A stretch of DNA of 64,000 nucleotides from Balanoglossus misakiensis (taxonomy: Eukaryota; Animalia; Hemichordata), in contig CM082586.2 in the NCBI GenBank assembly GCA_040954595.2, positions 11,563,337-11,627,336 on the forward strand. The letters are read 5' to 3'. Under the pieces are notes generated by a model. That model saw nothing but the letters and a program-made list of their open reading frames with translations, was not told where the DNA came from and did not search any database. The translations under genes were made by a program, and so were the position numbers. Position 1 is the stretch's first letter; each line of letters opens with the position of its first letter. This document shows positions 61,505 to 64,000 of the stretch, in pieces.

Positions 61505-64000
61505 CTAAGTCTGTGCTTCCAACAATGTGCACAACTTATCATATGGTCTTTCTAAAACACTGGATCTGGTCTTCACCAATACTCGTCTCACCACCCCTTT
61601 CCGATCAGGCATAACTTTGACGATTACACCCAAAGGCCACGCATTTCTGGAGGTGTTCTCCTCCTTTTCCAATACAAATCTGACAGATACTGCACTTGCT
61701 TCCATCTGTGTACAGCATACAAGTCGTTCTTCTCCGTCACACCAGGGGGTGTTGCTACTCCCTTCATAGTAAGCAACATACTGGGTGTCAATGCTTTTAA
61801 GTCTCTAGCGTCGTCCGACGATACTGTAATCTCATGCGGTCCATCTGTACGACGACTTCTGTTCTTGGCACATCTCAACAATGTGTCACCCACTTTACGT
61901 ATCCAGGCCACTGCTTTCTTCAGTTTATACCAACTGGAGTAGTGGTCTATCATTTTCTGAACCGTCTCCTCCGCATTAACGGACATGGATCGATCCGCCC
62001 CTTTGTCAGGCGTCTGTCGTTCTCCCGAAACAACAGGTACTGTTCCCAACACACGGGTACAGTTTCTTCTTCCGACCTCAAGGCTATTCTATGCACTAGT
62101 GCAGATTTCTTCACCTCTGGATCTTCTGGATCTAGCTGTGTATTGTAGCTATCCCTTGGCCATTTGTCTTGTGTCTTCCGCAAGAAATCAGGACCACCTA
62201 TCCATCTTTCGTTCTTCAGAAAAGCATCTATTTTCTGACCTCTAGAGCACTCATCTGCCGGGTTGTCACTGGTATTAATGTAGCGCCAGTTCGCTGGGTC
62301 TGATCCTCCTCGAATCACTGCTAGTCTATTCGCCACGAAGGTATGAAATCTTGTGGTTTCGTTGTTTATGTACCGCAGCACGGTTTTGCTATCCGTCCAA
62401 AACACGGATTCATTGATTGGCAAATCCATCTCCTTTCTGAGAAGTTTGTCAAGCCTCACTGCCACAGTAGCTGCAGTTAATTCCATTCGTGGGATCGATA
62501 TTTGCTTCAATGGAGCCACTCTTGCTTTGGCCATCATCAAAGTGCTGTGGATGTTTCCGCTTTTGTCGATCAACCTAAGATATGATACAGCGCCATATCC
62601 ATTTTCGCTGGCATCAGCAATGTGATGTAGCTGAGCTGTGTCTACTTCACCAAAGTGCTCGGGCTTTATACATCTGGGTACTGGTAAACACTCTTCTAAT
62701 TTCGGTAGATCCCTCAACCAATTCTCCCACACTTTGCGTTGTTTTCCAGGAATATCATCATCCCAGCCTAGTTTTGCTTTACACAGCTGCTGCAAAAGCA
62801 TCTTGGGTGGCAGAAGCGCTGGTGCTGCCATGCCCAGTGGGTCGTATAATGAACTAACCACTCCCAGAATTCCTCGTCTGGTCGCTGGTTTCTCTTTAGT
62901 ACGATTTCTGAATCCGAATTCGTCAGATTCCACGTTCCATTGCATACCGAGTGCATGCTCCATTGGCAAGTCATCTCGCTCCAAGTCTAAGTTCTTCACC
63001 TCTATCGCCCTTCGTTCTTCAGGTATTGCTTCCAAAACTGGACGCGTATTGCTGATCCACTTTGTGAGCTTGAACCCTGATTTCTTACAGGTGTCTGTCA
63101 GCCCTTCAGCCAAAGACTTTCCTTCCATCACTGTTGATGCTGCCTTCAACATGTCATCAACGTAGAAGTTTCTAGATATGGTGTTCTTGACACTCAGATC
63201 AGAAGTATTGTCTGAAGCTTTCTTCAACGCGAAGTTTGCACAACTGGGTGACGATGTAGCCCCGAAGATGTGCACTGTCATTCGGTACTCGACAGGAGGT
63301 TCCTCTACATTACCATTAGGCCACCACAGAAAACGCTGGAAATCTCGGTTTTCTTGCGACACGCCAACTTGAGAGAACATAGCCTCTATATCTGACATCA
63401 GTGCTATCCGCTCTTCACGAAAACGTATAAGCACTCCTACAAGTGAACTGGTCAGATCCGGTCCTTGCATTAATTCCTTGTTCAAAGAAGTTCCCTTGTA
63501 TTCTGCACCACAGTCGAAGACTACCCGGATTTTCTGTTTCTGTGGATGGTATACTCCATGATGGGGAAGATACCATTTCTTTCCAGGATTGCCTTCCAAT
63601 TCTTCCTGTGGCACCCTTTCAGCATAGCCTTTGTCTATAATACTTTCCATGAAGGTAGTATATTCTTGACGATAGTCATCGTTGTTTCTAAATTTCTTTC
63701 CCAACTGAGAAAGCTGATATTCTACTGCCACTTTGTTGTTTGGCATCGTAACACCGTCATCACGAAACGGTAATGGCACCTGGTAATGACCATCAACAAA
63801 CTGCGTTTGTTCGTACGCAATCCTCATGAACTTTCTATATTCAACTGAATCCTCGGGTTTGTCATTTATGATGCGCTCGCTGAACTCGTGATTGAAGAGG
63901 TTGATTAACTGCTGATCAATCGCCGGTCCAAATTGTATTCCACAGACTGTTGCGGCAGTTTCATTTTCTGACACGCCAGCCCCCGTAAGGAAACCATTTA
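61505..64000 (-). pseudogene. pol: BEL/Pao pol (RT and RNase H present; integrase core deleted; frameshifts)
   Basis: Motifs YLPHHGVYHPQK..RVVFD, SDIEAMF, FGATSSP, FYVDD, ADAS..GYG, IPRMEL, WTDS and NPAD. The sequence then jumps from WYKLKKAVAWI to the post-core LTPSMLL and WPLGVI..ERPYDKL with no HHCC or DDE motifs. Confidence 0.93.

Larger units (their letters stand above)
60750..64000 (-). mobile_element. BEL/Pao LTR retrotransposon #3 (different lineage), 3' part, continuing beyond the window
   Basis: The satellite stops at gttaccag|TGTAGT. LTR, PPT and pol lie on the minus strand. Confidence 0.94.

Noticed and set aside
8461-63773. Plus-strand ORFs overlapping the BEL pol genes
   Set aside because: They are antisense shadows of long coding frames with no independent support.

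Overview
This is a repeat-only eukaryotic window, probably from an invertebrate animal (inferred from the BEL/Pao and Gypsy content). I found no host protein-coding or RNA gene. The backbone is a head-to-tail composite satellite of about 2.05 kb, with about 20 copies from 4329 to 60749. Each unit has three parts: about 10.5 GC/CpG-rich 81-bp monomers alternating as a 162-bp dimer, a roughly 0.9-kb AT-rich block with about 335/167-bp internal periodicity, and a poly-C tract with a short unique spacer. The insertion-free core (13964-47184) shows higher-order duplications. The flanks carry seven insertions: the 3' half of a Ty3/Gypsy element, three BEL/Pao LTR retrotransposons (one full length with TSD, one with an intact but decapitated pol, one integrase-deleted), a TTAA-targeting Kolobok-like MITE, a 1.44-kb long-TIR element, and a 3-kb foldback element. 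The foldback element has inverted 69-bp arrays around a 400-nt hairpin and the 5' end of a fourth BEL element. The most notable points are the two-scale satellite architecture with apparent layered expansion, non-canonical TA...CA LTR termini shared by two BEL families, and the foldback element. Coordinates were read by eye and may be off by a few bases.
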